Below are positions 1-11,024 of a DNA stretch of 64,000 bases, in pieces. The DNA comes from an uncultured Chloroflexia bacterium (GTDB taxonomy: Bacteria; Chloroflexota; Limnocylindria; Limnocylindrales; CSP1-4), in the NCBI GenBank assembly GCA_963745295.1, contig CAVUWG010000003.1, forward strand, positions 259,537 through 323,536, read 5' to 3'. A program made the translations under genes and the position numbers. Position 1 is the first letter of the stretch, and every line of letters starts with the position of its first letter. Under the pieces are notes generated by a model. The model searched no databases. It was given only the letters and a program-made list of their open reading frames with translations, and had not been told where the DNA came from.

Positions 1-163
1 CCGCGAAGGCGCCGAGTGCGCTCATGACGCCGACGAGGCGCCCGGCGACGCCGTCGACATCGAGGGTCGGGTCACGCCGGACGGTGTAACGCGGGCCGGC
101 GATCATGAGCGCGACCACGATCGCAAGGGTCGCCACGATGCTGAAGCCGACGACCGCCGCCAT
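1..163 (-). CDS. hypothetical membrane protein, N-terminal part only (gene runs off the left edge)
   Basis: Minus-strand ATG at 163-161. Reads MAAVVGFSIVATLAIVVALMIAGPRYTVRRDPTLDVDG... and stays open to position 1. Hydrophobic N-terminus; no family recognised. Confidence 0.3.
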   Translation of the reverse strand, partial: MAAVVGFSIVATLAIVVALMIAGPRYTVRRDPTLDVDGVAGRLVGVMSALGAFA

Positions 164-208
164 GGCCCGCACTCTACACGCCGGTCCGGTCCGGCTGGCC
201 CTGCGCGG

Positions 209-1027
209 CTAGCTGCGGCGGGCGCCACCCATCAGCCGGGGGTCGGGGGAGAAGATGCGCAGCCGGCCGCTCAGGAGCATGAGCTCCCGGTCGAGCAAAC
301 GGACCAGGTTCTCGAGGCGCTCGACCGTCGTCGATGCCTCCAGCAGTGCCTGCCGTCGCGGCAGCTCGACCTCGACGATCCCGGAGAGCAGGTAGGACAG
401 GACGGTCGGATCGTCGGGGATCTTCAGGTCGCGCGCGCTCAGTGTCTCGTCCCCGATCTCGGTCTCCTCCTCGGGCTCGAGGGTGGCCGCGCCTGCTCCG
501 CGCGTGTCCGTCGCCTCGACCGCGTCGTCCGGGACCTCGTCATCGTCGGCGCCGATCGTCTCGAGCTCGACCCGGATGTCGAGGACCTCGGCCGTCTCGC
601 CCTCGCGCGCTCGCATCAGCTCGAGATAGCGCACGAACCGGCTGATCGCGGTCTCGGCCAGGCGCTCGGCCCGCGGCTCGTCGCCGACCTCGTCTTCGAG
701 CGGGGTCACCTCGGCGACCAGGTACGGCTCGGTGCCCGCGTCGACCGACTCGATCGTGAACCGCCCGGTCCCGGCGGCCAGCAGGTCGTAGCGGCCGTCG
801 GGGTAGCGGCCGGCCCGTCGGATCTCCGCGAACGCCCCGACGCCCGCGAGGGCCATGACGCTGCGGTCGCCGACCTCGCGGCCATCGCGGATCAGCACGA
901 CCCCGAATGGCGTACCACGGTCGAGGCAGTGACGGGTCAGGGCGCGGTATCGCTCTTCGAAGATGTGCAGCGGGACGACGATCCCCGGACACAGGACCGT
1001 GTGCAGCGGGAAGAGCGGGATATCCAT
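209..1027 (-). CDS. LON peptidase substrate-binding (LON N-terminal) domain protein
   Basis: 272-aa ORF starting MDIPLFPLHTVLCPGIVVPLHIFEERYRAL...FGVVLIRDG, the typical start of the LON N-terminal/PUA-like domain. Acidic linker, then a C-terminal helical part. Confidence 0.85.
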   Translation of the reverse strand: MDIPLFPLHTVLCPGIVVPLHIFEERYRALTRHCLDRGTPFGVVLIRDGREVGDRSVMALAGVGAFAEIRRAGRYPDGRYDLLAAGTGRFTIESVDAGTEPYLVAEVTPLEDEVGDEPRAERLAETAISRFVRYLELMRAREGETAEVLDIRVELETIGADDDEVPDDAVEATDTRGAGAATLEPEEETEIGDETLSARDLKIPDDPTVLSYLLSGIVEVELPRRQALLEASTTVERLENLVRLLDRELMLLSGRLRIFSPDPRLMGGARRS

Positions 1028-1102
1028 CGACTCAGGACCGCGTACTCGCGCGACGACCCGGTGCCATCGCGTCCGACCCGAGTCTAGCCGCCGCCCCGGA
1101 AC

Positions 1103-2700
1103 CTAGCCGGCGCCAGGTTCGAGGAGGGCCGGGCCGATCGGTGCGCGACGAACGTTCCGAGGCTGTTCTGACCACTTCTGGCGGACTCCCGCTCCCTCCG
1201 GATCGCCGGTGAAGACATGGAAACGGCCCTTGCCAAGCGCCTTCGCCTGGTACATCGCCACGTCTGCGTTGCCGAGCAAGTCATCAACGCGAACCATCTC
1301 CGGAGAGTCGATCGCGACGCCGATGCTGGCTCCGACCTCGACCAGGGAGTCGCCGATGGTCACTGGCGCCTGGAGGGCGTCCAGGAGACGCTGCGCTGTG
1401 GCAGTCGCGACATCGATGTTATGGACGTCGAAGAGGAGGATCCCGAATTCGTCGCCGCCGAGTCGCGCGGCGAGGTCGGTGCTCCGGAGTCCGGCGCCGA
1501 TCCGCGCGGCGACGACCCTCAGCATCTCGTCGCCGGCCGCATGGCCCAGGCTGTCGTTGACGGTCTTGAAGTCGTCAAGATCCAGGAACATGGCGGCGAT
1601 GGTCCCGGTCCGTTTGCGCCCCGCCAGCGCGACTTCGGCCTGCTCGACGAACCGGCGCCGATTGGCCAGTCCGGTCAACGGATCGTGGAACGCCTGGTAG
1701 CTGAGCTGATCCTCCAACGCCCGCCGTTTGGCGACGTCACGCGCCAGCAGACCCACGAGGCCATAGAGTCGCAGCGAGGACGAGGAGCGAGAGCAGCGCC
1801 GTGCCCGCCGCGATGACCGCCAGGCCGCCGCTCGCATCCGGGCCGATCGTCAAGAGGACCGGTCCCGTCACCATCGCCGCCGCGAGACAGACCAGGCGCA
1901 CGGGCCCGAGCCAGGTCACCGGAACGGGGTGCGGGTCCGTCAGCCGACGCATCGATGGGTGCAGGACCGCGACGCCGAACAGGATGTAGGCGATCACGTA
2001 GATGCTGTCGAGTGGACCACCTGCGACGTACGTCCCGTCGAAGTTCTGGAGCGCGTAGATCTGGTCGGCGACGAGGAGCGCCACGAGGCTGAGGCCGAGC
2101 ATCCGGAAAGAGGTAGTCCTCGCGCCCGGGGTCGTCAGCAGGCCCATCGCGACACCGATGAGGAGCAGGTCGGCGATCGGGATAGGCGAGGCTGATGGCC
2201 AGCGACAGGGGGTCCAGGTCCGCGCCGACGACCTGCGGCTGGATGAGGAGCGTCCACGACAGGATCGCGACGCCGGTTGCCAGGATGGCGGCGTCGAGGA
2301 GGCCGCCTCGGTCGCCGTCGCCCAGTCGCCGGCGGATCAGCAGCAGCAAGCCGACCGCGATGAACGGGTAGCCCGCGAGGTAGAGGGCGTCGGCCATGGA
2401 AGGGAACGGGTCCTCGCCGATCATCTCGTACCAGTTCCACAGGATGTCGCCGGCCACGAATGACGCTTGACCGATCGCCATCAGCACCCACGGCAGGCGC
2501 CGGTCGGGCCGGTTGACGATGACCCCGACGAGCGCCGCGAGGACGGCGGTGACGCCGATGATGTCGTAGAACCAGCTCTGCGTGAGGCTGCCGGCCTCGA
2601 GGAGCCAGTAGACGACGAGCGCCGCGATACCGGCGGCGAAGTACGCCGCCCACAGCGGGACGCGGACGAGGGGCGACAGGGCGACAGGCATGGATGGCAC
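1103..2700 (-). pseudogene. membrane-sensor diguanylate cyclase (GGDEF), two frameshifts as sequenced
   Basis: The GGDEF domain sits in ORF 1103-1837 (HDPLTGLANRR...DDFKTVNDSLGHAAGD...RLGGDEFGILL). The multi-TM N-terminal module is split over the ORF 1675-2700 and ORF 1737-2147 frames. Junctions are near 2170 (..LAISLAYP|IADLLLIGVAMG..) and near 1775 (..LLSLLVLAA|LRLYGLVGLLARD..). Confidence 0.8.
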
Positions 2701-2787
2701 CGAGCCGATCGTCCGCCCGTCCGCCGGGCCGGCCCATGGCCCGACAGTACCGACGTCCCGGGGCGATGGTTCGACGACAGATGCGAA

Positions 2788-2815
2788 GAAGCCGCCGGTG
2801 CGTGCCGGCGGCTTC
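2788..2815 (-). terminator. hairpin downstream of the erpA-like gene
   Basis: Perfect 11-bp inverted repeat GAAGCCGCCGG-tgcgtg-CCGGCGGCTTC, 42 nt past the stop at 2857. On the minus strand it is followed by a short T-containing tract (TTCGCATC). Weak U-tail. Confidence 0.4.
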
Positions 2816-2856
2816 CTGGTGCTCGAGTGGTGGACCGGCGTCGCCGGCCGCTCGGA

Positions 2857-3237
2857 TCAGTGGGCGCAGGAGCGGGCGGAACCCTCGTCGTCGGCGGTCC
2901 GGAAGCTGGATCCGCAGCCGCACGCGGCGACCGCATTCGGGTTGTTCACGGTGAAGCCGGCGCCCATCAGCGTATCGACGTAGTCGATCTGCGAGCCCTT
3001 GAGCAGATCCACGCTGTTGCCGTCGACATAGACCTTGATGCCGCTGGCCTCGAGGATCTTGTCCTCTGGGGTCGGCGCGTCCTCGAGCATCATCCCGTAG
3101 CGAAAGCCGGAGCACCCGCCGGAGTAGACGTACACGCGCAGCCCGATGGCCGGGTTGGTCTCTTCCTTGGTCAGCTCGCGCAGTTTGCTGACTGCGGCGT
3201 CACTGAGGGAAACGACCGTCGGCTGCTGATCGATCAT
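2857..3237 (-). CDS. erpA: HesB/IscA family iron-sulfur cluster insertion protein (ErpA-like)
   Basis: MIDQQPTVVSLSDAAVSKLRELT...GLRVYVYSGGCSGFRYGM...GAGFTVNNPNAVAACGCGSSF. Has the conserved Cys and C-terminal CGCG motif. Start taken at the internal ATG (3237) of ORF 2857-3336. Confidence 0.85.
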   Translation of the reverse strand: MIDQQPTVVSLSDAAVSKLRELTKEETNPAIGLRVYVYSGGCSGFRYGMMLEDAPTPEDKILEASGIKVYVDGNSVDLLKGSQIDYVDTLMGAGFTVNNPNAVAACGCGSSFRTADDEGSARSCAH

Positions 3238-3402
3238 GCGTCTCGTCTCCGTGGGCTGCGAATGATGGTCGAGCTCGCGAACGGGCTCCCGAGTGCTACG
3301 TGCATCGTACGCACGAGCGCGGGTTTCGACAAGCACCCGCGCCGAAACTCACGTGCGGCGTCGGCCGAACGAAGGTCCGGGGGCCCCCGGCTAGACTGAC
3401 GC

Positions 3403-4334
3403 ATGCTCCGGACGGGCCTCGCCGCCATCCTCCTGGTGCTGCTGATCCCGATGGTGGTGGCGGCGAACACCTCGTTCTGGGCCGCTGCGGACGGTGCTCG
3501 ACTCCGGGACGTTCTCGACGACGGTCGGGCGGGCGATGGATACCCCGGCGATCGAGCGACTCGTGGCGACGTCGCTCGCGGACGTCATCGTCAGGCGGGT
3601 GGATCGGGCACCGGCGGCCGTCGCCGCCGGGCTGGCGTCACGGCTCGGGCTGCCGGCCGGATCCGATCGGCAGCAGGTCAAGGCGGCGCTCAGCGATCGG
3701 ATCCTCGAGTCCCTTGACGACCCCGGTGTCCGGCAGGTCCGCGACGAGGTCGTGAGCGGCGTCCACGGCGAGGTGATCGGCGCTGGCGGAGGGACGGTCG
3801 GGGCTGGTGTCGGTGCGCGGCAAGAACGTCGTCCTCGACACGGCCGGCCTCCTGGATCGGATCGCGACCTCGGCCGACCCGCGCATCGCAGCGCTGGTCG
3901 TGAACGTGCCCGCCATCCTGGCCGCGCCGATCGTCATCGCCCAGGTCGACGAGCTCCAGCAGGTGCAGGAAGCCATGCGGCTGATGCGGAGCCTCCAGTT
4001 GCTCCTGCCGCTCGTCGCGGTCACGGCGGCGCTCATCGTCGTGGTCCTGGCTCACCGCCGGGCGCGCGCCCTCGGGATCGTCGGGCTCGCGATCGCCGTC
4101 GCCGGGGCGGTCTCGCTGGCCGTCCTGTGGCTGGCCGGCCCGTACGTCTCGCAGGTGCCCGAGGCAGAGGTGGCTCGCCAGGTGACCGCCCAGGCCTACG
4201 ACGCCTTCGTGAGCCTGCTGGTCATCCAGGCGGCGCTCCTGGTCGCGCTCGGGCTCGTGCTGGCTGTCCTGTCGTGGCTGCTGGCGCGCGGCGGGCGACG
4301 CCGGGCCACCGTGCGGATGCTCGGCCCGCGCTGA
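3403..4334 (+). pseudogene. hypothetical multi-pass membrane protein, two frameshifts as sequenced
   Basis: Three consecutive +1-shifted pieces read as one protein. Piece 1: signal/TM start MLRTGLAAILLVLLIPMVVAANTSFWAA (frame of 3403). Piece 2: ..TPAIERLVATSLADVIVRRVD...LDDPGVRQVRDEVV (frame of 3494). Piece 3: ..GKNVVLDTAGLLDRIA...TM-rich C-terminus (frame of 3807). Confidence 0.55.
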
Positions 4335-4349
4335 TCCCGCGACGCGGCG

Positions 4350-5582
<1,233 letters not shown>

Positions 5583-5607
5583 CGACCGATCGTATCCCAG
5601 CGGCGCG

Positions 5608-6694
5608 TCAGCCACCGGCGTCCCGCTCGAACGGGCCCTGCGGATGCCCTGCGCCGAGGCGCATCGCCCGGTCGATGTCGGCCGGCGTCGCGACGCCTTC
5701 GTCCACCGCGAGGCGCGCCTCCAGGCTGATCGCCGCTTCGATGCGGTCGCGGATGGCATCGGGACCGAGCGAGGTGCCGGCGGATCGCGTCCGGAACTCG
5801 GGGGCGATCCCGATCCGCCGTCCATCCTCGTAGCGATAGAACCCGCGCCCGGTCTTGCGTCCGAGGTGTCCCGCTTCCTCCAGCTGAAGCTGCGTAGACG
5901 ACGGCTGGAGCCGATCCGGGTGACCGAGTCCCGCCCAGATCCGATCGGCGACGGCGTAGTTGACGTCCACGCCGATGAGGTCGATCAGCTCGAACGGCCC
6001 CATGGGGTAGCCGGCTGCGCGCATCGCCTCGTCGATGGCCTCGACGCCGGCTGCTCCGGATTCGAGGATCCGGAGCGCCTCGATCGTGAACGGCCGGTTG
6101 ACCCGGTTGACGACGAAGCCCGGCGTGTCGGTGCAGCGGATCGGGGTCTTGCCCCAGGCCTCCATCAGGCCCATGGCGCGATCGGCGATGCCGGGCGTCG
6201 TGGCCGGTCCGACCACGACCTCGACCAGCGGCATGACCGGCGCCGGGTTGAAGAAATGCAGCCCGAGGATGCGACCCGGATGGTCGGTGCGTTCCGCGAT
6301 GTCGGCGATCGAGAGCGCGCTCGTGTTCGTGGCCAGGATGACGTCGGACGGCGCGCCGGCGTCGAGCATGCGGAAGATCTCGCGCTTGGTGGGGAGGTCC
6401 TCCCGGGCGGCCTCGATGACGACGCCGCTCGTGGCGGCCAGCTCCCGGAGGCCGGCGCCGGGGCGGAGCCGCGTCGAGACGGCCGTCGACCCAGGCATCG
6501 ATCGTGTCCGGATCGAGCCCGACGCGCGCCGCGCGACGGGCGAGGCCCTCGCGCACCCGCTCGCGGGCCCGGGCGAACGCGGCAGGATCCACGTCGTGGA
6601 GCGCGACGTCATGCCCGGCCTCGATGGCGAGCTGGGCGATCCCCGCGCCCATCGTCCCGGCGCCGATGACGCCGACCCGCTCGAGGTCCGCCAC
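5608..6694 (-). pseudogene. paaH: 3-hydroxyacyl-CoA dehydrogenase (PaaH/Hbd-like), one frameshift as sequenced
   Basis: The Rossmann start VADLERVGVIGAGTMGAGIAQLA is in the ORF 5579-6733 frame (GTG 6694, 2 nt after the paaD stop). The rest (..VVIEAAREDLPTKREIF...LHFFNPAPVMPLVEVV...GFVVNRV..) is in the ORF 5608-6612 frame. Junction near 6475. Confidence 0.85.
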
Positions 6695-6696
6695 GT

Positions 6697-7236
6697 TCAG
6701 ATCGGCTTGATGGCTTCGAACGGCTGGCGGCACTCACGGCAGTAGAACAGCGACCGGCACTGGGTCGGCCCGAACAGGTTGTCCATCACGACCTGCCCCG
6801 AGCCGCACAACGGACACACGACCTCGCCGGCTGGGGTCGGCGGCGCGATCCCGGCAGCCGCGAGTGCGGCACGCCCGGCCGGCGTGATCCGATCGGAGCT
6901 CCATGGCGGCGCGAAGCTCGAGACGACCCGGACCGGGCGACCGAACGTTCCGAGGCGGTCAGCGACCGCCGCCGAGATGAGCTCGAGTGCCGGGCAGCCG
7001 ATGAACGTCGGCAGGATCTCGACGTCGATGCCCTCGGCCGACACCGCCACGCCGCCGACCATCCCGAGGTCGACGATCGAAACCATCGGCAGCTCGGGAT
7101 CCATCACCTCGCCGAGGGCGGACCGGACCGAGGCTTCGTCGATCCCGGCCCGGGCCTCGGAAGGGGCGTGCCCGGCCGGCGCGAGCGCGCCGGCGCGAGC
7201 GCGCGCGATCGTGGTGTGGGTCGCGGCCTCGCTCAC
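6697..7236 (-). CDS. paaD: 1,2-phenylacetyl-CoA epoxidase subunit PaaD
   Basis: C-terminal 179 codons of ORF 6697-8226: ..VRSALGEVMDPELPMVSIVDLGMV...ILPTFIGCPALE...VVCPLCGSGQVVMDNLFGPTQCRSLFYCRECRQPFEAIK. GTG 7236 overlaps the paaC stop (GTGA). Confidence 0.85.
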   Translation of the reverse strand: MSEAATHTTIARARAGALAPAGHAPSEARAGIDEASVRSALGEVMDPELPMVSIVDLGMVGGVAVSAEGIDVEILPTFIGCPALELISAAVADRLGTFGRPVRVVSSFAPPWSSDRITPAGRAALAAAGIAPPTPAGEVVCPLCGSGQVVMDNLFGPTQCRSLFYCRECRQPFEAIKPI

Positions 7237-8000
7237 CAGGTCGCTCCCGGATCGCTTCGCCGGACGTTCGTGAACTCTCCCCACAACCAGCGGAACGCGT
7301 CGCCGTGGCCCTCGCGGCCATCGGTCGGCGCGCCGGCGCTCGTCGGCATCGGCAGGTCGAGGGACTGCATCGTCGGAGCGATCGCCGCGAGCCAGCACGC
7401 TTCCAGCTCGTGCATCGGCGAGGCGAGGATCCCGGCCGCGACGAGTGCCGGTTCGCCGGGGAGGGGCGTGAAGACGGTGGCCGCATCGGGCGCGAGCGTC
7501 GCGAGCGCGTCGACGAGCCGGCGCCGTGGCTCGCCCCCGGCACGGGCCAGCCGGTCGAACCAGAGCGCGATGTGCATCACGTGGTAGTGCTCCTCGCGGA
7601 CCAGCTTCCCAACCAGCTCGGCCAGTGGCGTCCAGCTGCACGCGCCCAGGGCCTCGAGGCGGATCGCATCGGCGGTTTCGTAGAGGTAGCGCCGGGCGAT
7701 CGTCATCGCCCAGTCGCCGCGACCGTGGTCGAGCAGGCGGGCGTGCCGGTAGGCGTCTGGCTCGCGGTCGTAGGCGATCGCATCGGCGTCGCCGTCCGTG
7801 AGGCCGGCCAGCAACCCGTAGAGCGCGGCGGCGTGCCCAAGCTCGTCCTGGGCCAGCGAGCTCATCGCCACGTCCTCCTCGAGAAGCGGCGCGATGCCGG
7901 TCCATTCGGAATCGCTGAAACCGATGACGAACTCGTCGTCGGCCATCGAGAGGAGCAGCGCCTCGAGCGCCGCGGTCGCCGGGGGCGTCGCCACGGTCAT
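7233..8000 (-). CDS. paaC: 1,2-phenylacetyl-CoA epoxidase subunit PaaC
   Basis: MTVATPPATAALEALLLSMADDEFVIGFSDSEWTGIAP.LEEDVAMSSLAQDELGHA...REEHYHVMH. ATG 8000 overlaps the paaB stop (ATGA). Confidence 0.85.
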   Translation of the reverse strand: MTVATPPATAALEALLLSMADDEFVIGFSDSEWTGIAPLLEEDVAMSSLAQDELGHAAALYGLLAGLTDGDADAIAYDREPDAYRHARLLDHGRGDWAMTIARRYLYETADAIRLEALGACSWTPLAELVGKLVREEHYHVMHIALWFDRLARAGGEPRRRLVDALATLAPDAATVFTPLPGEPALVAAGILASPMHELEACWLAAIAPTMQSLDLPMPTSAGAPTDGREGHGDAFRWLWGEFTNVRRSDPGATW

Positions 8001-8347
8001 CCCGGGCGGGCCTTGGGCTTGGCCTGACCGGCCGCCTCGCGTGCGGCCGCGAGCTTCTCGCGCATGACATAGCCGCCGGGCTTCTTGAACGAGCGGTCGA
8101 GCGGCGGTTGCAGCAGGTCCTGGTCGACGACGTCGATGACGTCCGTCCGGCGCACGACCCACAACCGGACGCTCTCCTGCCGCCGGCCGAACATCTCACG
8201 GGCGTAGTGCGTGGCGAGATCCGCATCCGGGGCCATCACGCTGCCGCCGTGGCGCATCGCGTCGCCCTCGCGCTCCTGCCGGAAGACCTCCCAGGCCTCC
8301 AGGACCGGGTCGGTCTCACCGACTCCCCCGCGCTCGTGATCGGTCAT
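7997..8347 (-). CDS. paaB: 1,2-phenylacetyl-CoA epoxidase subunit PaaB
   Basis: MTDHERGG...LEAWEVFRQEREGDAMRHGGSVMAPDADLATHYAREMFGRRQESVRLWVV. Size and position between paaA and paaC fit. ATGA overlap with paaA. Confidence 0.85.
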   Translation of the reverse strand: MTDHERGGVGETDPVLEAWEVFRQEREGDAMRHGGSVMAPDADLATHYAREMFGRRQESVRLWVVRRTDVIDVVDQDLLQPPLDRSFKKPGGYVMREKLAAAREAAGQAKPKARPG

Positions 8348-9330
8348 GCCGCGACCGGCACGCCCAGCACGGCCTCGCGGACCCAACGGGTGTCCTCGCG
8401 CGCGAGGCGCCGGAATTCGAGCCGTGCCTCGGACATCGGACCGTGGTTCGTCACGACCGTCCGCAGCTCCGTCCAATCAGGCTCGGTGTAGGACCAGGTC
8501 CCGGTCGTCTCGTCGAGGCGGAGCTCGGGATCCGGGATGACCAGGCCGAGCTCGCGGATCCGGGGCACGTAGATGGTCAGGAACTCCTGGCGCAGCTCCT
8601 CGGAGGTCTTGGCCTTGATGCGCCAGTGGAGGTCGCGGTCCTTGTCGCGCGGCGAGCGCGGGCCGTGCATCTGCATCAGCGGGCCCCACCAGCGCTCGAG
8701 CGCGTCCTGGATCGCCGCGCGCTGGGCGGGGCTGCCGGTCGCCATCGTCACCACGACATCGCGACCGTGCATGATGTGGACCGATTCCTCCCAGCAGATC
8801 TTGCGCATCGTGCGCGCGTACGGGGCGTAGCTGGAATCCCGCAGCGCCATCTGCGCGACGATCGCCGCCGCGTCCACGAGCCAGGCGATCATCCCGACGT
8901 CGGCCCAGCCCACGGTCGGGTAGTGGAAGACGTTGTGGAACTTGGTCTTGCCGGCCAGCAGGTCGTCGAACATGGCCTCGCGCGACTTGCCCAGGTCCTC
9001 GGCCACGCGGTACAGCAACTGGGCGTGACCCACCTCGTCCTGGACCTTGGCGGTCAGCGCGAGCTTGCGACGCAGGGTCGGCGCCCGCATCAGCCATTCG
9101 CGCTCCGGGAGCACGCCCATCAGCTCGGAGTTCGCATGCATCTCCACGAAGCGCAGGACGGCCGTCCGGTACTCGTCGGGCATCCAGTCGGTCGCCTCGA
9201 CCTTGCCGCCCGAGGTCACGTGCGCCTCGAACAGGGCGAACCGCTCGTCATGGGGCAGATCCTGGTTCGAGGGCGGCCGGGTGCGCTCGCGTGGATCGAG
9301 GATGGGGTCGAGAGCCAGCGGATCCGTCAT
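8344..9330 (-). CDS. paaA: 1,2-phenylacetyl-CoA epoxidase catalytic subunit PaaA
   Basis: MTDPLALDPILDPRE...FVEMHANSELMG...KVQDEVGHAQLLY...CWEESVHIMHG. Di-iron ExxH motifs are present. Start at the internal ATG 9330 of ORF 8344-9819. Confidence 0.9.
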   Translation of the reverse strand: MTDPLALDPILDPRERTRPPSNQDLPHDERFALFEAHVTSGGKVEATDWMPDEYRTAVLRFVEMHANSELMGVLPEREWLMRAPTLRRKLALTAKVQDEVGHAQLLYRVAEDLGKSREAMFDDLLAGKTKFHNVFHYPTVGWADVGMIAWLVDAAAIVAQMALRDSSYAPYARTMRKICWEESVHIMHGRDVVVTMATGSPAQRAAIQDALERWWGPLMQMHGPRSPRDKDRDLHWRIKAKTSEELRQEFLTIYVPRIRELGLVIPDPELRLDETTGTWSYTEPDWTELRTVVTNHGPMSEARLEFRRLAREDTRWVREAVLGVPVAA

Positions 9331-9391
9331 CGTTCGGCCTCCTGCGTCCGAGCCTACGGCACCCGCGACATCACGACAAGCACGGGCCCGG

Positions 9392-10198
9392 TCACTCCCC
9401 GCTGAACCGAGGCGGACGCTTCTCGAGGAACGCCGCCATCCCCTCGGCGTGGTCGGCGCTGGCGCCCGCGACGCCCTGGCGGTGCGCCTCCTCCTCGAGC
9501 GCCCGCTCGAGATCGATCGACCAGGCGCGGTCCAGGGCGTGCTTGGTCGAGGCGAGGGCCCGCGGGGCCAGCGCGGCCAGGCGCTCGGCCACACTCCGCG
9601 CCTCGGCCGCCAGCGACGCCGCCGGGACGACCTTCGCGACCAGCCCGAACCGCTCCGCATCCGCGGCCGACAGCGACTCGCCGACGAGCGCCAGCTCCGC
9701 GGCCTTGGCCGGCCCGACGAGGCGGGGCAGGAACCACGTCGCGCCGCTGTCGGGCACCAGGCCGATCCGCCCGAAGGCGAGGACGAAGCTCGCCTCCTCG
9801 GCCGCGATCCGCACGTCACACGCGAAGGCCAGCGACGCGCCGGCGCCGGCCGCGATCCCGTTGATCGCCCCGACGATCGGCTGGTCGAGCGCCCGCATCG
9901 CGCGGATGATCGGGTTGTAGCGCTCCCGGAGCTCGACGGCCAGCGGGGCCGCGCCGGCCGCCCCCCGCTCCTTGAGATCCTGGCCGGCGCAGAACGCCCG
10001 GCCCTCGCCCGTCAGGACGACCACGCGGATGCCGCGGTCCCGGGCCACCAGCCCGAATGCGCGGAGCAGCTCGACCTTCATCGGCACGGTCAGCGCATTG
10101 AGCGCGGCCGGCCGGTCCAGCGTGATCGTCGCGATCGCGTCGGCGACCTCGAACCGGAGCGTCTCGAATGCCGGGGCGGCCGCCCCGGTGGCGCCCAT
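9392..10198 (-). CDS. paaG: enoyl-CoA hydratase/isomerase family protein (PaaG-like)
   Basis: ..ITLDRPAALNALT...VVVLTGEGRAFCAGQDLKE...PIVGAINGIAAGAGASLAFACDVRIA...AFLEKRPPRF. Crotonase fold, directly upstream of paaA. Confidence 0.8.
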   Translation of the reverse strand: MGATGAAAPAFETLRFEVADAIATITLDRPAALNALTVPMKVELLRAFGLVARDRGIRVVVLTGEGRAFCAGQDLKERGAAGAAPLAVELRERYNPIIRAMRALDQPIVGAINGIAAGAGASLAFACDVRIAAEEASFVLAFGRIGLVPDSGATWFLPRLVGPAKAAELALVGESLSAADAERFGLVAKVVPAASLAAEARSVAERLAALAPRALASTKHALDRAWSIDLERALEEEAHRQGVAGASADHAEGMAAFLEKRPPRFSGE

Positions 10199-11001
10199 CA
10201 GGTCGAGGGCCCGCCCCCGTCGAATTCGACGAGGCGCCCGTCCACCAGCTCGAAGACCCGCCGGTCGACCGGCTCGTCGGCGCCACCGGACTGTTCGAGC
10301 ACGAACTCCGCGAACAGCGCCGCGAATTCGGTGTCGTCCGGGCGCAGGGAGGCCGCCGTCAGGAGGTGTCGCTCCGGCAGCCCGACGAGGATCCGGCCGT
10401 ACGAGGCCAGTTCGGTCGTGAGGTGGGCGATGACCTCCGGCAGCAGGATCCGTGCGGCATCCCAGCCGTCGCCGGTGTCGGAGCTGACGAGGCGACGATC
10501 ACCCGAGATCTCGTCGGTCCACGGCGCCGATGCGGACCAGCGCGACAGGTTCTTCATCGCCGCGTCCTGGATGTCCGACGTCCCGATCCCCCACGAGAGC
10601 AGGTGGTCACCATTGACGACGATGTCGTACGCACCGGCATCGATCGTGTAGACGACCGGCAGGCCGGCCGGCCCGACGTCGATCAGCGGCTGGGCATGGC
10701 TCACCGCCCCCTGCGCGACGAGGTGGTCACGGTCGAGCGAGGCGATGTCGAGGCCATGCGTCCCGACCGGACGGAAACCGGGATAGATCAGGCCCTGGGC
10801 GTGGGCCCAGTCGTGCTCGGGCGAATCGATGGCGGACGTGGCGGATTCGGGCGGGGGCGTGTGCCCGCTCACGGGTGAGGAATCGTCGATCGGTGCCAGG
10901 TAGTCAGGCGCCGAATCGCGATAGCTCGGCGGCGGCTCGTCGCCCAGATCGCGCTCGATGTCCCGCCCGACATCGCTGCCCCCGGGTGTGTCGCGCTCCA
11001 T
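10198..11001 (-). CDS. hypothetical protein embedded in the paa cluster
   Basis: 267-aa ORF with coding-like composition and an acidic N-terminus. Its stop overlaps the paaG start by 1 nt. No family recognised. Confidence 0.55.
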   Translation of the reverse strand: MERDTPGGSDVGRDIERDLGDEPPPSYRDSAPDYLAPIDDSSPVSGHTPPPESATSAIDSPEHDWAHAQGLIYPGFRPVGTHGLDIASLDRDHLVAQGAVSHAQPLIDVGPAGLPVVYTIDAGAYDIVVNGDHLLSWGIGTSDIQDAAMKNLSRWSASAPWTDEISGDRRLVSSDTGDGWDAARILLPEVIAHLTTELASYGRILVGLPERHLLTAASLRPDDTEFAALFAEFVLEQSGGADEPVDRRVFELVDGRLVEFDGGGPST

Positions 11002-11024
11002 CGATCCCTCCTGCGTCCCCGCGC

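Noticed and set aside
6697-8226. 509-aa ORF covering paaD, paaC and part of paaB
   Set aside because: Only the last 179 codons (PaaD) look like protein. The upstream part is Arg/Pro-rich and overlaps the well-supported paaC and paaB frames.
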